Assembly (NCBI GenBank): GCA_904063045.1
Contig: CAJFCJ010000002.1
Span: forward strand, 3,095,891-3,159,890
Origin: Dimorphilus gyrociliatus
Lineage: Eukaryota; Animalia; Annelida
Reading direction: 5' to 3'
DNA length: 64,000 bases
Shown: positions 25,276 to 38,297 of the stretch, in pieces
Layout: each line of letters begins with the position of its first letter
Numbering within the stretch: the first letter of the stretch is position 1
The notes under the pieces: model-generated
The model's input: only the letters and a program-made list of their open reading frames with translations
The model's database searches: none
What the model was told of the DNA's origin: nothing
Translations under genes and position numbers: made by a program

Positions 25276-28200
25276 CTAAGATGCTGTCATCCATCTGACG
25301 AAGTTCGACCTTCTATCTCGATCGGACTGAGAGAGGGCATCTATACTAAAACAATGTGGTGCTGGAGGAGCTTCTCGTATACTTTTCTGCTGAGGTTGAG
25401 CAGGTTGAGGGTGTTGGATTTGATTTTGCTGGTTAGAACCCGTTTCACCGTGAGTTCTCAAGTGCGTTTTCAAGTTGTTCTGAAGGGCGAATTTACTACC
25501 GCAGATATGGCATTCGTGAGGCTTTTCGCCCGTATGCAATAGTTGATGATTTCGTAGGTTTGTTGGTTTACTGAAACCTCTTTGACAAACTTCGCATCTA
25601 TACGGCCATCTACCATTGTGAACGTACATATGCGATTTTAAATCTCCGGGGGTTGGGAAGGACTTGGAACAAAGAGTGCATTTATGCGGCTTTTCCTTTT
25701 TGTGAGTCATTCTATGATAGTAAAGATTCGAACTAGCAGTAAACCTCTTTCCACAAACTTCGCACTGATGAGGTTTTTCTCCCGAATGAATTCTTCGATG
25801 AGTGTTCAAACTGGACGACGTTGAAAAACCTTTACCACAGACGTCGCATATATGGGGTTTCTCGCCAGTATGCGTTCTCATATGGCGTCTTAACAATGAT
25901 GGCCTGTCAAACTTTTTACCGCATACGGAACACGGTAACCATGTTCTCTCTCTTTGTCTCTTTTGAGGTTGGGTGGGTAGTCTACTTGGGCCGTCGTCAA
26001 CGGCAGCTGGTCTGAGGAAGGGTGTGCTAGTGAGAAGGGCGTTACCGAATAAAGAGGGTGGGGAAAGTAAACCCGTATTGGGAGCCAATAGATGACCAGA
26101 TAACACTTGATGATCCGATCCAGGAGGGGTTCTTCTCCATTCATATCTATCGGGCACCTTTTCCTCTTCTCTCGAGTGTTCTTTACTCTATAAAAAAAAA
26201 ACATTTAATTATACAAATGCAAAAATTAGATTTACGTAATTTTGACTATTATTAATGATATCATTTGGCTTTTGTACAAGCGTAACAGCTGGATCGAAAA
26301 TGTTATAAATACAAAAACGTAAAATGGGAAATAAAACCATTCGCATTTTTAAAGAAAAGGGAACAGTTGTATAATTTCTTTTTCTCGGGTAAAAAATAAG
26401 AAAATCATCGAACAGGAACGGGAAAATTGTCGGGGGAATGGCCAAATGTTGGTCCGTAACGACTTTTTGTTTATTTATGCTTACCCTTAATGAAAAATAC
26501 TGCGAATCGTCGCTAATGGCTGATCGTTTAGATAGATCTTCAGCAGATATTGATAAGCTGTTTGTTGCTCTTCCACTATCGTCAGTAATATTCTTTTGAG
26601 TTTGAGTACAACCCTCTTTAATGTTTGCAGTAGTTGCCGATCTATGGCTTAAATCGAATCTGGAGAGGAAGGAAAAGAATGAAAATATATTATTTATTAT
26701 TATTTATATATTAGCTAAAAAGCCGTATCCAATTAAGATTTAGAAATAAAAAGTAAAAATAAACATACTTGGCCCTTAATTCTCCATTAGCTTCTACGGT
26801 TCTTATTATATGAAAAACGGCCAATTCATTTTCATCATAAATAGCTTCTACATTAGCTTCATCATCCGAATTGCATATGCTCAAAAATCGAACCCAATTA
26901 CAATGTCGAATTTTTTCACCCTCAACCTCTTCCGTTTCTTCAAAGCATCCGAATTTAAATCGTATCTATAAGAGATAAGAAAATCTTTCAATATAGAGTA
27001 TATAAGGTTAAAACATTAGTACGTTTTTTATTATTTTAATTGTTATATTTACTTGATTTAATAGGCCTATTAAGAATAACATACGACCCACGGTCAGTAA
27101 ATTTTGCGTAACTATTACGGAGGGTCTTTATCGTTGAGTACTCGCTGTAATGACAGCTTTATCGGGATAAACTAGGGACATGAAAGTCTGTTTAATACAA
27201 ACCATGACCGCTCGATGAGTTTGCTCGTTAATTGTATTGTTTAAAGAGGGAAGGGGTACGAAAGGGTGAAGGATAGAAAAGAGAAAGTGCTCTTTATTCT
27301 CTTTCTTTCGTTCTGACTTTTATGTAACTTAATTAAGAAAACTTTTAATTAAAATGGCCCTTTCCATTACTTTTCCTAGTCTATAGACAAAAAAATGTGT
27401 GGAATATAAAGAAAGAAAGGAAGGAATGGGTACTTTTCATTCTTTTATACTTAATTGAAAAGAATGAATGAATGAATGATATCACTAGTCAAAATGAAGG
27501 TGAAATTTACAATAGCGAGAGATATGTAAGAGTAAACTGTGAAGATTTCAAACAAAAGGAGGAGTGAAAAGTTTCGGCAAATGGCTCTAAAATATATAGA
27601 CATAACGCACCGATCCGTTAGTTTGTGTTGTTTTTTTTCGATTGTTTTTATCTAATTTAACGCATCAGCGTTAAAAATAGAGATAGATTACGAAAGTGAA
27701 TATAATAAAGGGGAAAAGGACGCCGACATTCGGCGAAAACGATGGGGGAGGAAACGACCTCGTGACTTTCGAACAACAACAAAAACAGATGCGCCAAAAT
27801 CACACCGCTGCTCACATTCTCGCCCTACTGTTGGTTATGTAATTTTACTTGAAAAGAAAGGTGCCGGCCGCCCTTTTTCATCATTGCCCCTTAATGAACG
27901 ACTTTGAAAAATTGACGACGTAACGCCTACTACCGTATACTTATGAAAGTTAATTAGGTAATTACTAATTCGACCAGGCGTTAACAGCTGCGAAAGAAAA
28001 AAGGGTAAATGAATGAAGGGCTTGCGCAAAGTGGGAAAAAAAGGAAGGGGAAGACAGCTGTTATCCCAACTTGGGTCTTCTATCTCCGCTGGACTTCTCC
28101 CTTTTCTCTTTATATCCCTTTACTTTATCCCAATGGGAAGGCAGGATGGATAGGGCTTATCATTTGTAAGCACGTGATTCCTATTAGAAAACTATTGGGA

Positions 28201-31200
28201 TTTGTCACAACTTGTAATCGCTTTCCCGTCTTTAAAGTTGACCTTTTTTTCTAGGTCATAAACTACGAATATCTGTAACATCCAGGCGGAAAATTGCTCA
28301 TACGTTACGTAAATAACGAATATCTAAACAAAATATCTGGCGGTGATGAATATCTATGGAGCTGGTATATTCTGTATATACTCTTTAATTGCTCGGGTCA
28401 CGTGGTACGGATTATATATTTTTCAACTCAATTATATTTATATATTTTTTATATAGAAAGTGAGTGGTGAGGGGAGAAGAGGTTAGGGATTACTCAAACA
28501 CTTCAACCCTGGGAATATTTCTGCTAAACCTATTTTTATGAAAATATTTCGTCGAATATTTGTGCAGTCGGTGCTCTATGTCTATATGTTTTAGTGACCA
28601 CTTGGCAAAACACATCGACTATTGCAAGTCGACAGGACGAGGCCGGTTACGGAATGCGAAGAAGGCCGCAAAAAAAATAATGGTATATTTAGGTCAGCCT
28701 TTGATGTCCATCAAGCCGGGGTCTATAGTTTTTCGCATCTAGATTTCTTTCAAAGATATACCGAAACACCTATAAAACTAACTCAATCCAACTTTAGCCT
28801 TTTAAGACTTTGTTTCGATCAAAAAGATAGAAGGGAGAGAAGAGGCGTAGGAAATAAAGATCCCCGCCGGGTTATTTCGTAACCGGGCAATTACAATTTT
28901 CTGGTCGATTGTTATAAGAAAGAAAAGGTCTAAAGAATTACAGAAAAGGTTTAGACGATTTGACGCGTTGATTGGCTTGCAGGATGCGTTGAGACAACAT
29001 TGACTTGTTTTTTTTAGTATTTTTAAGATCAAGCTGATGTCGGCCTTTTTTTTCCTTATTCTCAACAAAATAATCTCTCATGTAAAAGAAGGATAAACTT
29101 TCACTAAATTCGACATGGTCTATCTCATTCTCTTCTTAATTAGAACTATAAACCTACATGATAATTTTGGCATTTTTACTGTTTTACAATTACTACTTTA
29201 ATAACCAAGATAATACAATCTAGTGCCTTTTCTTACACACTTCTCAACTTGTTCATTAAAACACAATTAACAATCCATCACTTCCTTCACATATAATAAA
29301 ACCTCACCCGAGAAATGATAAAGAAAAAGTCTTGTCTCAGAGCATTTTTAATACCTTTTTTTTACTATTTTGTTTTTAAACAAAAGTATAAAGTAGTAAA
29401 CTACCAAGATGACATTTAATAGATCACAAAATATACCCATATGCTGCTTAAAAAGTCGTTGATTGATTTCGTTGTCGCATTTAGCATTGATAACAGCTTG
29501 AAACGCCATAGGTAATAAAATTGTCAATATGTGCATTAAAATTATATGAGCCCTTATTTACTTAGAAAAAGAATACAATTACTTTTGCTAATAGGAAAAA
29601 ACGTAGCACTGTAGATCACATGACCTAGAAAAATGCTATGCAAACATGACTGCGTGGATAAGTTTCTCTTAGTGTTGAAGTTACTTCGCGGCAATATCGA
29701 TATAGTACACGGAATTATATCATCCTAATAATCGTCTCGTTGTCCCCGAGAAGCGTGCCTACAACTCAAAAATTGCGCAATTTTAGTAACGCAACGTCAG
29801 CGTTACGCAACATAGAGCTTCTCTCGTAACGAGTGTTTGCAATTACGCAAACTCTGGCGTTGGGAAGTATTACATAATACGGCCGCATCTGGCCGTCGTC
29901 CCCTTCCTTTTGTCGGTTTTTTTTTAAAAGAGACATTTGAAATTCAGTAATTTCTTGTCTCTTAGGAAAAATGTTTTTATCTTTACATTTCTCTATATGA
30001 ACCATGACGAAGCGAAACAAGACGACCGAAGAGAAGATAAAAGATAAGATAGCGTAAAAACGGCTCTTCGCGCCCGTTACACCAAACGAGCCGTAGCTCG
30101 TAAAAAAAGACTCGGGAAGCAACTTATATTAGGAATTTTTTCACTTACTAGTAAAGACGCGGTCACGCTTACGTTTTTTGGAGGTTTTCTTTTTCTAGTT
30201 GCGGGGTGAAAGCGGTCGTGACGTAATCTATGACGTCACATTGGCGGGCGGGCAATTAGAAAACGAAAAGTGTTGCGCAGTCGAGTAATTTCTTCGCTTT
30301 TGTCGAATTAGAAGGGTCGAGTGAACATTCTGAGATGATATTATATAAAAAAAATTACCCCGACTTTTAAACGGTCATTAGCAATGAGCGTCTCTAAATA
30401 CTTAAGGCATAAAGACAGGTCCATAAAATATCTGATAGTGCATATATTTTTATCTAATTATCTATCATCGTTACTTTCGAAATATAAGTGAAATATGGAA
30501 TCTCTTAGATTATTCACCATAGAAATGTTGCGTAACATCCTAAAAGATATTTTGAAAAATACATTCAATATGTCACTCTCATAGGAGTGAGTCGTTTCAA
30601 GCAAAGTTCATCGCTAATGACGGGAATAATTATAGACTTTTTAAAATTTCGCTTGTTTGTAAAAATGTTACAATTATTAAAGATCATCTCTTATGAACCT
30701 TGTCTTATTGCTCTTTTCCGTATCATTTCTTCGGTAGTGAATAAAAAGATATTCTGTTTCTATTCAGTAACATTAAAGACTTTATCCTTTGTAATGATAG
30801 TTCCTATTCCTCCCTTTTCGACCAATTATATTATAAAATGTATGGAAATATACTATAAAACTAACATAATGACCCACAGTAAACGACTTTACGATATTAT
30901 TTTGCCTTTAACTTTTGATCACGTGATCTTTCAGTAAATCTAATAAAATCCGGTATAATACCCTTAGTCATATAGTTATTTTTTTTGTAAAGCGGAAGGT
31001 GTAACGTGATTTATAAACCATATCCTAGTTCTTCTACCCCGTTCTTGTATCGAAATGCCGCTAACCACTCATAATCATTGAAGGCGATTACTATATCCTT
31101 CTACGATGCTTTCTTGCCCGAGGCCTAATTATAAGGTTTTCATCAATCACAAGTATTTCAAGTTAACAAGCCAGTCAAATCACCTTAACTTTTTCGCCTT

Positions 31201-32101
31201 TTGTATTTAAAGAAAACGAATTAATGTCACATTTTACCTAGTTTTCTTTTAATTTTATAATATTGCCTTTGTTTTTTTAATCGTGTACTTTATGCTTTTT
31301 TTATGCTTTTCACTTATTAGTCTAAATGTTCTCTATTTACAATATAAAACTATAAATTTGTATATATGACGATGTTTCTTTTACGATCTTATACAAAAAA
31401 AACTCGAATAAATTTTGCTCTTGATACGCAAAAAAAGGAAATAAAATAGAATAATGATCTGCAGCCTAGAGCCATTTCGAGGTGGCTGAAAACGCATCAT
31501 CAAATTGGCATTAAAGATCTTTTTACCACCCAGAAGCACCAAGTATTTTTTTTTTCTTGTACAACAAATTCTAGGCCTACTTGTTATAAACAAGACGGAT
31601 TTTTGGGGTTTAAAAAGCATAATCATAAAATGCAAAAGTCATGAATCGACAATGAGTTTTGACACGCCGTGTGCTATGCCATAAAAAGGGAAATGATAGC
31701 GAAGATTTTTATCAAAAGGAACCTTGTTTATATTAACAATATATAGAATATTGACGAGGACAAAGCGAACGCGTTCCAGATGTATATCATCGATATTCCG
31801 TATCGAATTACGGAGAAGTTGCATAATAACCGATGCGCTCTTTGACGAGGTGATTTCAACGTCAATCTGTCGCTATTTGCTTTGTACTTACATCGTCTCT
31901 CTTTAGTAACTTTTCAACTTGTAGGGTGTAAAGTCGTAGTTGCCCGTCATCGGGATAGAGGATTGTTCCTTCTTCCAATTTTTTTCGAGCCCATATAGTG
32001 ACTCCCATGTCGAATTTGTCAATACTGTTGGTTGATATTTCCGAAGAGTAAGGTTGCAAAACCAGGGAAAGACCATCGGGAATTAGTACACAACTCTCCA
32101 T
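25276..32101 (-). CDS. PR/SET-domain (PRDM-like) transcription factor with six C2H2 fingers; 4 exons (32101-31892, 26965-26769, 26659-26485, 26187-25276), about 497 aa
   Basis: Exons 1+2 give GVTIWARKKLEEGTILYP..IRFKFGCFEE..HCNWVRFL..ANVEAIY..VFHIIRTVEANGELRAKF, a PR-domain pattern. The last exon has six tandem fingers with TGEKP-type linkers. All junctions are GT-AG and in phase. PRDM subfamily not recognised. Confidence 0.85.
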
Positions 32102-32161
32102 ATCGTCAAGATAGTGCAGAAAGGGAGAAGATACTGACTGAAATATTACAAGTAGGGATGA

Positions 32162-32214
32162 GGGGCGGTCAGAGCCAGTCGCGAGTCGCCAGCCAATCAG
32201 CGCCTTTAGGCGGA
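32162..32214. promoter_or_regulatory. Proximal promoter of the PRDM-like gene: GC box and CCAAT (NF-Y) box
   Basis: GGGGCGGT at 32162-32169 and AGCCAATCAG at 32191-32200, 60-110 nt upstream of the ATG at 32101. Confidence 0.55.
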
Positions 32215-35200
32215 GCCTAAGTATTGAAATTTATACAACGACGACACGGCAAGCGTAAAGATATAAGATACTAGCGAAATTTTCAACGCTGGCGGCATAT
32301 TACTGATAAGGTAGATGCGTATTCACATAGATAAAGCGTCTAGAATAGGCCTATAGTGTAGCGGTTTATATCAAAAATTGTATACATCTGCGTTCGTGTT
32401 TAATTGCTTCCTGCGCATCTGCACGTGTCTTTTACACATTTGCGGGCGATTTATACATGAAAGGCATAAACAAAACATGCATAGAAGAATTTATATACAT
32501 AAAATCCTAATTCAACGCTTTTAGTTCATTAGCGTATAAGATTTCCAGCCAAAAAGCTTATTAACTGGTAAAAAGAAAATCGTTGATATTTTTTTAATGA
32601 TTTCATTTAGAGTGAAACTTAAAACTTAAAAATAATTTAAATCTTTATATATACAGTTTTAAAAAAAAATCACGTGACAATGAAAATGTATAGAATAGTT
32701 AAATGGAGAGAAACTTTTTCCGTCAACGCTAAAGGCTATTTTCACAAATTGTTGATTCTCAGTATAATCTTATGAACGCGTGCCTCAGTTCTCAAAATAA
32801 GTTTACTTTGAGCTTGAACCTCTTAATTGGCGGTAACTTTCTGTTCTTATTCATTCTTTCTCTACTAAAGAAAACAAAATCATGGGAAGAGAGCCATAAA
32901 TTACAAATGTATATATTCATGTTCCATAAATAATTCATGAGCGTATTATTTAAGTGCAAGAAACTTTTACATAACTCGAAAAAATAAAAGAAATAGCCCT
33001 TAAATTAAAGGACACGGTGAACAAGCAACAAACTCAAGGGTTTAATTAATCAGCAAGCGTGTTATATAGTTTATTGGCCGGCAAAGTTCAAAGAATTTGA
33101 AAAGAAGCGACACTACCGTTCGTTTTGGTATTCTTTAAACATTGCATTAATATTTATAACATTGCATAACTTGTCATAAAATATTTGGTTAGTACTCGAG
33201 AAAGTTTTTATTATTCTTTCTTTAATAAACTCTACCGCGGTTATAGTTTTCTTCTTCTAAGCGGAAGTGGCATTTTAGATAGAAAAAACGTTACATTAAA
33301 CTTTCTCTACGGATATACAGATAGAGTTAATCGAACGGTTACATCACATTACATAGGGTCCAAAAAGTTTCAAACTCAAAGCAGGCGAGTGTCGTGGGGA
33401 GAAGAGAGGAGGCAGAAAACGGATATCGGCCCTTATCACCCTCAACTTTGCCCCGAGAGACGGTCGTTGCTCGTTAGCGTTCCACTTTCGCTTAATCAAC
33501 GCCTTTCCCACCATATTTTTAGTACCTGGTTACGCAAAATCGGGCGACGCTTTAACGCCGTCAATCAACTGACTAAATAGACCACAGGTTTCTTTAATGA
33601 GCGGGCGTTTTCTACCCTAATGAGTAAAGCTTAAAAAATATCCTTTCTCCAAAGACGTTTCTTTGTTTATTTACTAAAAGATTTAAACTTGTACATTTTC
33701 TTAAATAAAAAGAGAGAACTAAAATAAAAACTAGCAAACAAACAAGTATAAAATAAACAACGAAACGACATGGAGACACCAAACAAAAAGAATCGATGCT
33801 AAAGATGTATTTTTCATTGAAAATGTACAAACAAACATAAATAGGGCAATGCATAAAAAAAGAGAGGGTATAATAACTTTAGACGTGTGTCAGTTTCCAA
33901 CAATTGTTTATTCGACTTGCTATACTATAACAATAGATGCCCTTTTGTGCTATATTTTAGACGCCTTTATTTCCGTAAAAAATGTTTAAGTTTTATATTT
34001 TTAAAACATATTTTAAGAGAAAGAGAGACGGGTGATATATTTAAAAATATAAATATGAAAGGAAAAGACTCATTTGATATAGAGAGATAAGATTAGAATA
34101 AGGAAAAGAAAAGAGTTTTTTTATCATTATTGTAACAACGGAATATCTTATCTTCTTAGAAGTCGTATAAAAGTTTGAATAGAACTTATAAAACGTTTGG
34201 TTAATTCTTTTAAATAGTCTTCTATAGAAATTTGGTGAGAAAAATGCTATACAAGCCGTTTATATAAGATGCATATCTCTATAAGGACAATTGATCGAAT
34301 TCGGGCTAATAAAAAGGTCAGACGAATAGATTGAAATATTCACCTTTAAAAGAGAATACTTTAGTTAGAATGAGTGAAAGTTAAGAATAAAAAAAAGGAG
34401 TAAAAAAGCGGTAGGGGTTCAAGTATGAACGAAAAATTATGGTGATTTTTCATTCTTTGTTAATTATTCGAAAATATCCGTGTAAAGAGGTCAAAGAGAC
34501 TAAAAATTTGAATTAAATTGACCGTCATTTAGATGAAGCGTATATTTTAAATGGACAATCATCGACCTAAATTGAAAAGTAATACCCTACCTGCTCCGTG
34601 TCTAGGCCCCTCTCCAACCGAGTTTTTTACTTGAGGAAATAAAGTGAAGTTGAGTTATTACGAAATTAATTTAGCCTATATAAATTCCTACGAATAAAAG
34701 AGTCATTTGGTCATGCAATAGTTCTAAATGAGACGAATAACGGTCAATTATACAAGTTAAAATTAGTTCATGCGAAAAGAAATTGACGTTATTTTTTCTT
34801 TTAAAATAGAAAGTAATAAAGTTTCGGGGGGTCCTAAGATTCCGATAAGGAAATGGATAGAATACGGTTGTGTATGACCTGAACCGAACTTATCAGTATA
34901 AAAACTGAAGATTACGCAATCTTATACAGGCCTTTTAAAGAAAAACTTTCCAAACGATACAATCTGAAGAGAGTGAGTCACGTTACCCTCGTTTAAAAAA
35001 GTGACGCGCGTTCAAGAGAAGTAAATATATACGAGTACTTGAAAACTGCTTCGTAGTTTAATCGTGCGAGATGAAGGGTTGTATAAAAATGTTTTGTGTA
35101 AATATTAACGATCGAAAAGATAGAAATAAGAAGATGAAGATTGACCTCCTTTCCTCCAAACATGTAGTTTATTTTTTTAAACGTCTCACAAAATCTCAAG

Positions 35201-35429
35201 AGGACTTTTTTATTTTCAAATAAAATAAAAAGTGGTGAAGAAAAATCAATCCGTAACGGTCACGCGTTTCATTTGAATATTCTGACCGTTTCGAACAAGG
35301 CGTCTAATTCGAAAGATAAAAAGTCACAGCATCTACAGCTAGACGACCAAATGTCACCGGAAATCGGAACGTCCCAATTTCCGATGTCGTTCTACACCGT
35401 CAAAAAGGATGCCCCAACTCCCTTCCCCT

Positions 35430-35990
35430 AGTTTACGTAATCGCACGCGTCCGGCTCTGTGACGTAACTATCCGTCTATATCATCTATACGCCTGTGCAT
35501 CGCGTTTAGTTTGTTTACTCGATGGCTTTTTACGAGCGTCTCCCGAGACGCAGACGTCGTCCAGATGCGCCAGAATAGTTGATTTTAACTCTTCTGGTTT
35601 TTAAAAAAGAAAATATTCTCTCCCACCCACCGAAACCAGTACACAAAACCCCCCATTTTTACCCCCTAGGCGGTCGTCGTACGCGTCATTTGGTCGTATT
35701 TCGCACGGCTCTTCTCGTGACGTCATAATTACATAATACCGACCGGCCTGAACGAAACGTTAATGAGTGGACGTCGTAACGGAAAGTGAAACGTTTCAAA
35801 AGCTAATTACTGCCCCCCACCAGTACGTAAAAGTTACTGGCCTTAAGTTTCCGTAATTTATTCCTTAAAGTATACGTTTGCGCTGAATTATATATGTCCC
35901 TTTTTTTCTTTCGAGAAGAAAAGAGAGAAATGATCTTTTACAACGAACCAAGACGTTACAAGTATAAATGATAATATGACGTAATGGGAA
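35430..35990. promoter_or_regulatory. CpG-rich candidate enhancer with CRE/PAR-bZIP motif cluster
   Basis: TTACGTAA 35433, TGACGTAA 35460, TGACGTCA 35718, TGACGTAA 35977, in a GC-richer island with no long ORF. Confidence 0.45.
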
Positions 35991-38297
35991 ATTGCGTTAC
36001 TTTGCCATTTCGGCACGTGTCCACTTCGGTAGCTGTAGGTTCTCTTTGAAGACAACTCAAGACGGCGTTAAATTCGACGCTTTTCGACTTTAGCGTCATC
36101 TCGTTAGTGGCGAGAGTGACGCTTTTACGGCTAAAGATCCAGGCGTTAAGAAAAACCGTTAGTGTTTCAAGATTTTTCTAAATCAGTCGAGAGTTTCTCA
36201 CCACTTCTATTCCTCTCTCTCACTCTTCGGTCCTCCTCTTACCATTTGACCGAGAGAAGGAGAGAGATACATTGCAGAGAGATAGATAGATAGAAAGAGG
36301 ACGAAGAGAGAGAAAAAGAGAGAGAGAGAGAGGGAGGGATAGAGGGAGACGGAGAAAAGGAAATATTCGGTAACGAATTGTTTATATTATCCTAAATACA
36401 AAATATACATACAAAGGTACCCTATGCTGCTTTCTCTTCATCTGAAAAAAGTATTACACTACTCAATTAACATAATTTTAATTAATTTATTCGCAAACTT
36501 TCTATAATCTATTACAAAGTTTTAACAAAACTTTTTATTTCGGATAAGCTCCCCCAATCTAATAGACAAAAGTTGGAAGATTCACCTACCCTTTTCTTCT
36601 TCTCTTTTCCCCTTCTTAAACAAAGTTCAAGAAAAAACAGAGACTTTTACATAATCTATTAATATTACTAATTTGCATAAATATCTATATCTGTCTATTC
36701 GCAGTAAACAAATAAAGAAAACTGAGATAACTAATTTTTGTTCAGACGCTTAAAATACAAAACTTCGTGCTTGTTCAGATTTCTAACGGCTGTTCTTTTA
36801 AGGAGAAATGTGAACCGAGTTGCTATATAAAGAACTAGATAGATTCTATTAATTACTATCGTATGTTGCCTTTTCATCCTACAATAGGGTATACGCAAGG
36901 GTGTTTTCTCCTGATTAGCATTCCACAATTACCATATAGGGAATAATCTATAACGAATAACACCTGTTCATATCATGTATATTTTTTTCAAAAAGTTCAC
37001 TATTTATTTTTTTTCTTTTATGTTCTTTTCTTTTCTTTTCTTTTCTTGTTTTTTTTAAAAAAAACCGTTAATTTTATGTCTAAGATCTAAGAATGAAATG
37101 TTACTAATTACCACCCAACAACCTCGATACATTGCATCCTCTTATCGCCTGATCATAGAAATGGCTCTTTTCTGTTACTTTTAAAAGGCTAAGGTGAACA
37201 GGGAAGTCATCTGCTTGTCAACACCGATGATATTTAAATGTTTAATAGCCATTACGTTTTCATTAGTAAGCTCACTTTAATTTCAAATAGATAATACTAG
37301 CTAACAGAACAGACTAAATCATTTGCTATTTAAAAAAAATGGAGCAAGTGCTGCCATCTACCGTATAACTATACAATAAAGTCATTAACCGTATCTTAAT
37401 TGCAACCGTCGTAAGAAGATTATACACCGTAACGGTTCTAGTGATATCATTAATGTTTTATTATGTCTAATTTAACGTAAAAGAAGTTATATAATAGAGT
37501 AAGAAAATCAAAAAAATTATATAAGTCATCTAAAAGGACAATTTCTTCCACTTGTCAATTTTATTTAATACCAATCAGATTACGGCTTAGAAGGTACCGA
37601 AGTAGCCATATGTTGTATTTCGTATATATATATATATACTGTATATACTGTATATATGTATTTTACACATAGTTATTATTAAAAGCCTTCATTAAGAAGG
37701 CAGGAAAGTAAAGAAAAATAAATAATGAGTAAAGATTGTTAAAGATAGAGGAGGATAGAGAAAGTAACAAACAAAAAGAAACAAACACAAAAATAGAAAG
37801 AAATCATTACATAATTAAAACAATACATACATATAGACTATATACGAATATTACAGTATACACTCTTTTATACTTTTTATAGTATGTTAAATAGTGTACT
37901 GTTTTGTGTATACTATATAATTTATAGTAGATTTTGTTAATTAGTGCCATCATAAATTATTTAAAAAAACAATATAAACATAAAAGAATGTTTAATTAAA
38001 GATCTTCTTTTGGAAATATACTATATAAATATAAATATTGATAAAATACTCTAGCTGTATCAATAAAATAGATTGTTATTTCTTTTCTCTTCTCTTCCAC
38101 CACCTCCTTCTTGTTCTTGTTCCTCCTCTACCCTTCATTCTCTTTGCCTCATTCTTATTTATTAATAAGATAATAGAAAATAAAGTATGGTTTGCTTTTT
38201 TGTTAGAAATGAATATTTATTAGAAATCAACCAACACTAAATGAGCTACCTATAGATATATATAATACTGAATTTATAAGAAAAACAGCTACAAAAG

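Noticed and set aside
33185-33580. 131-aa + strand ORF
   Set aside because: TTG start, no recognisable domain and no consistent splice partners; sits in the presumed enhancer territory of the PRDM-like gene.
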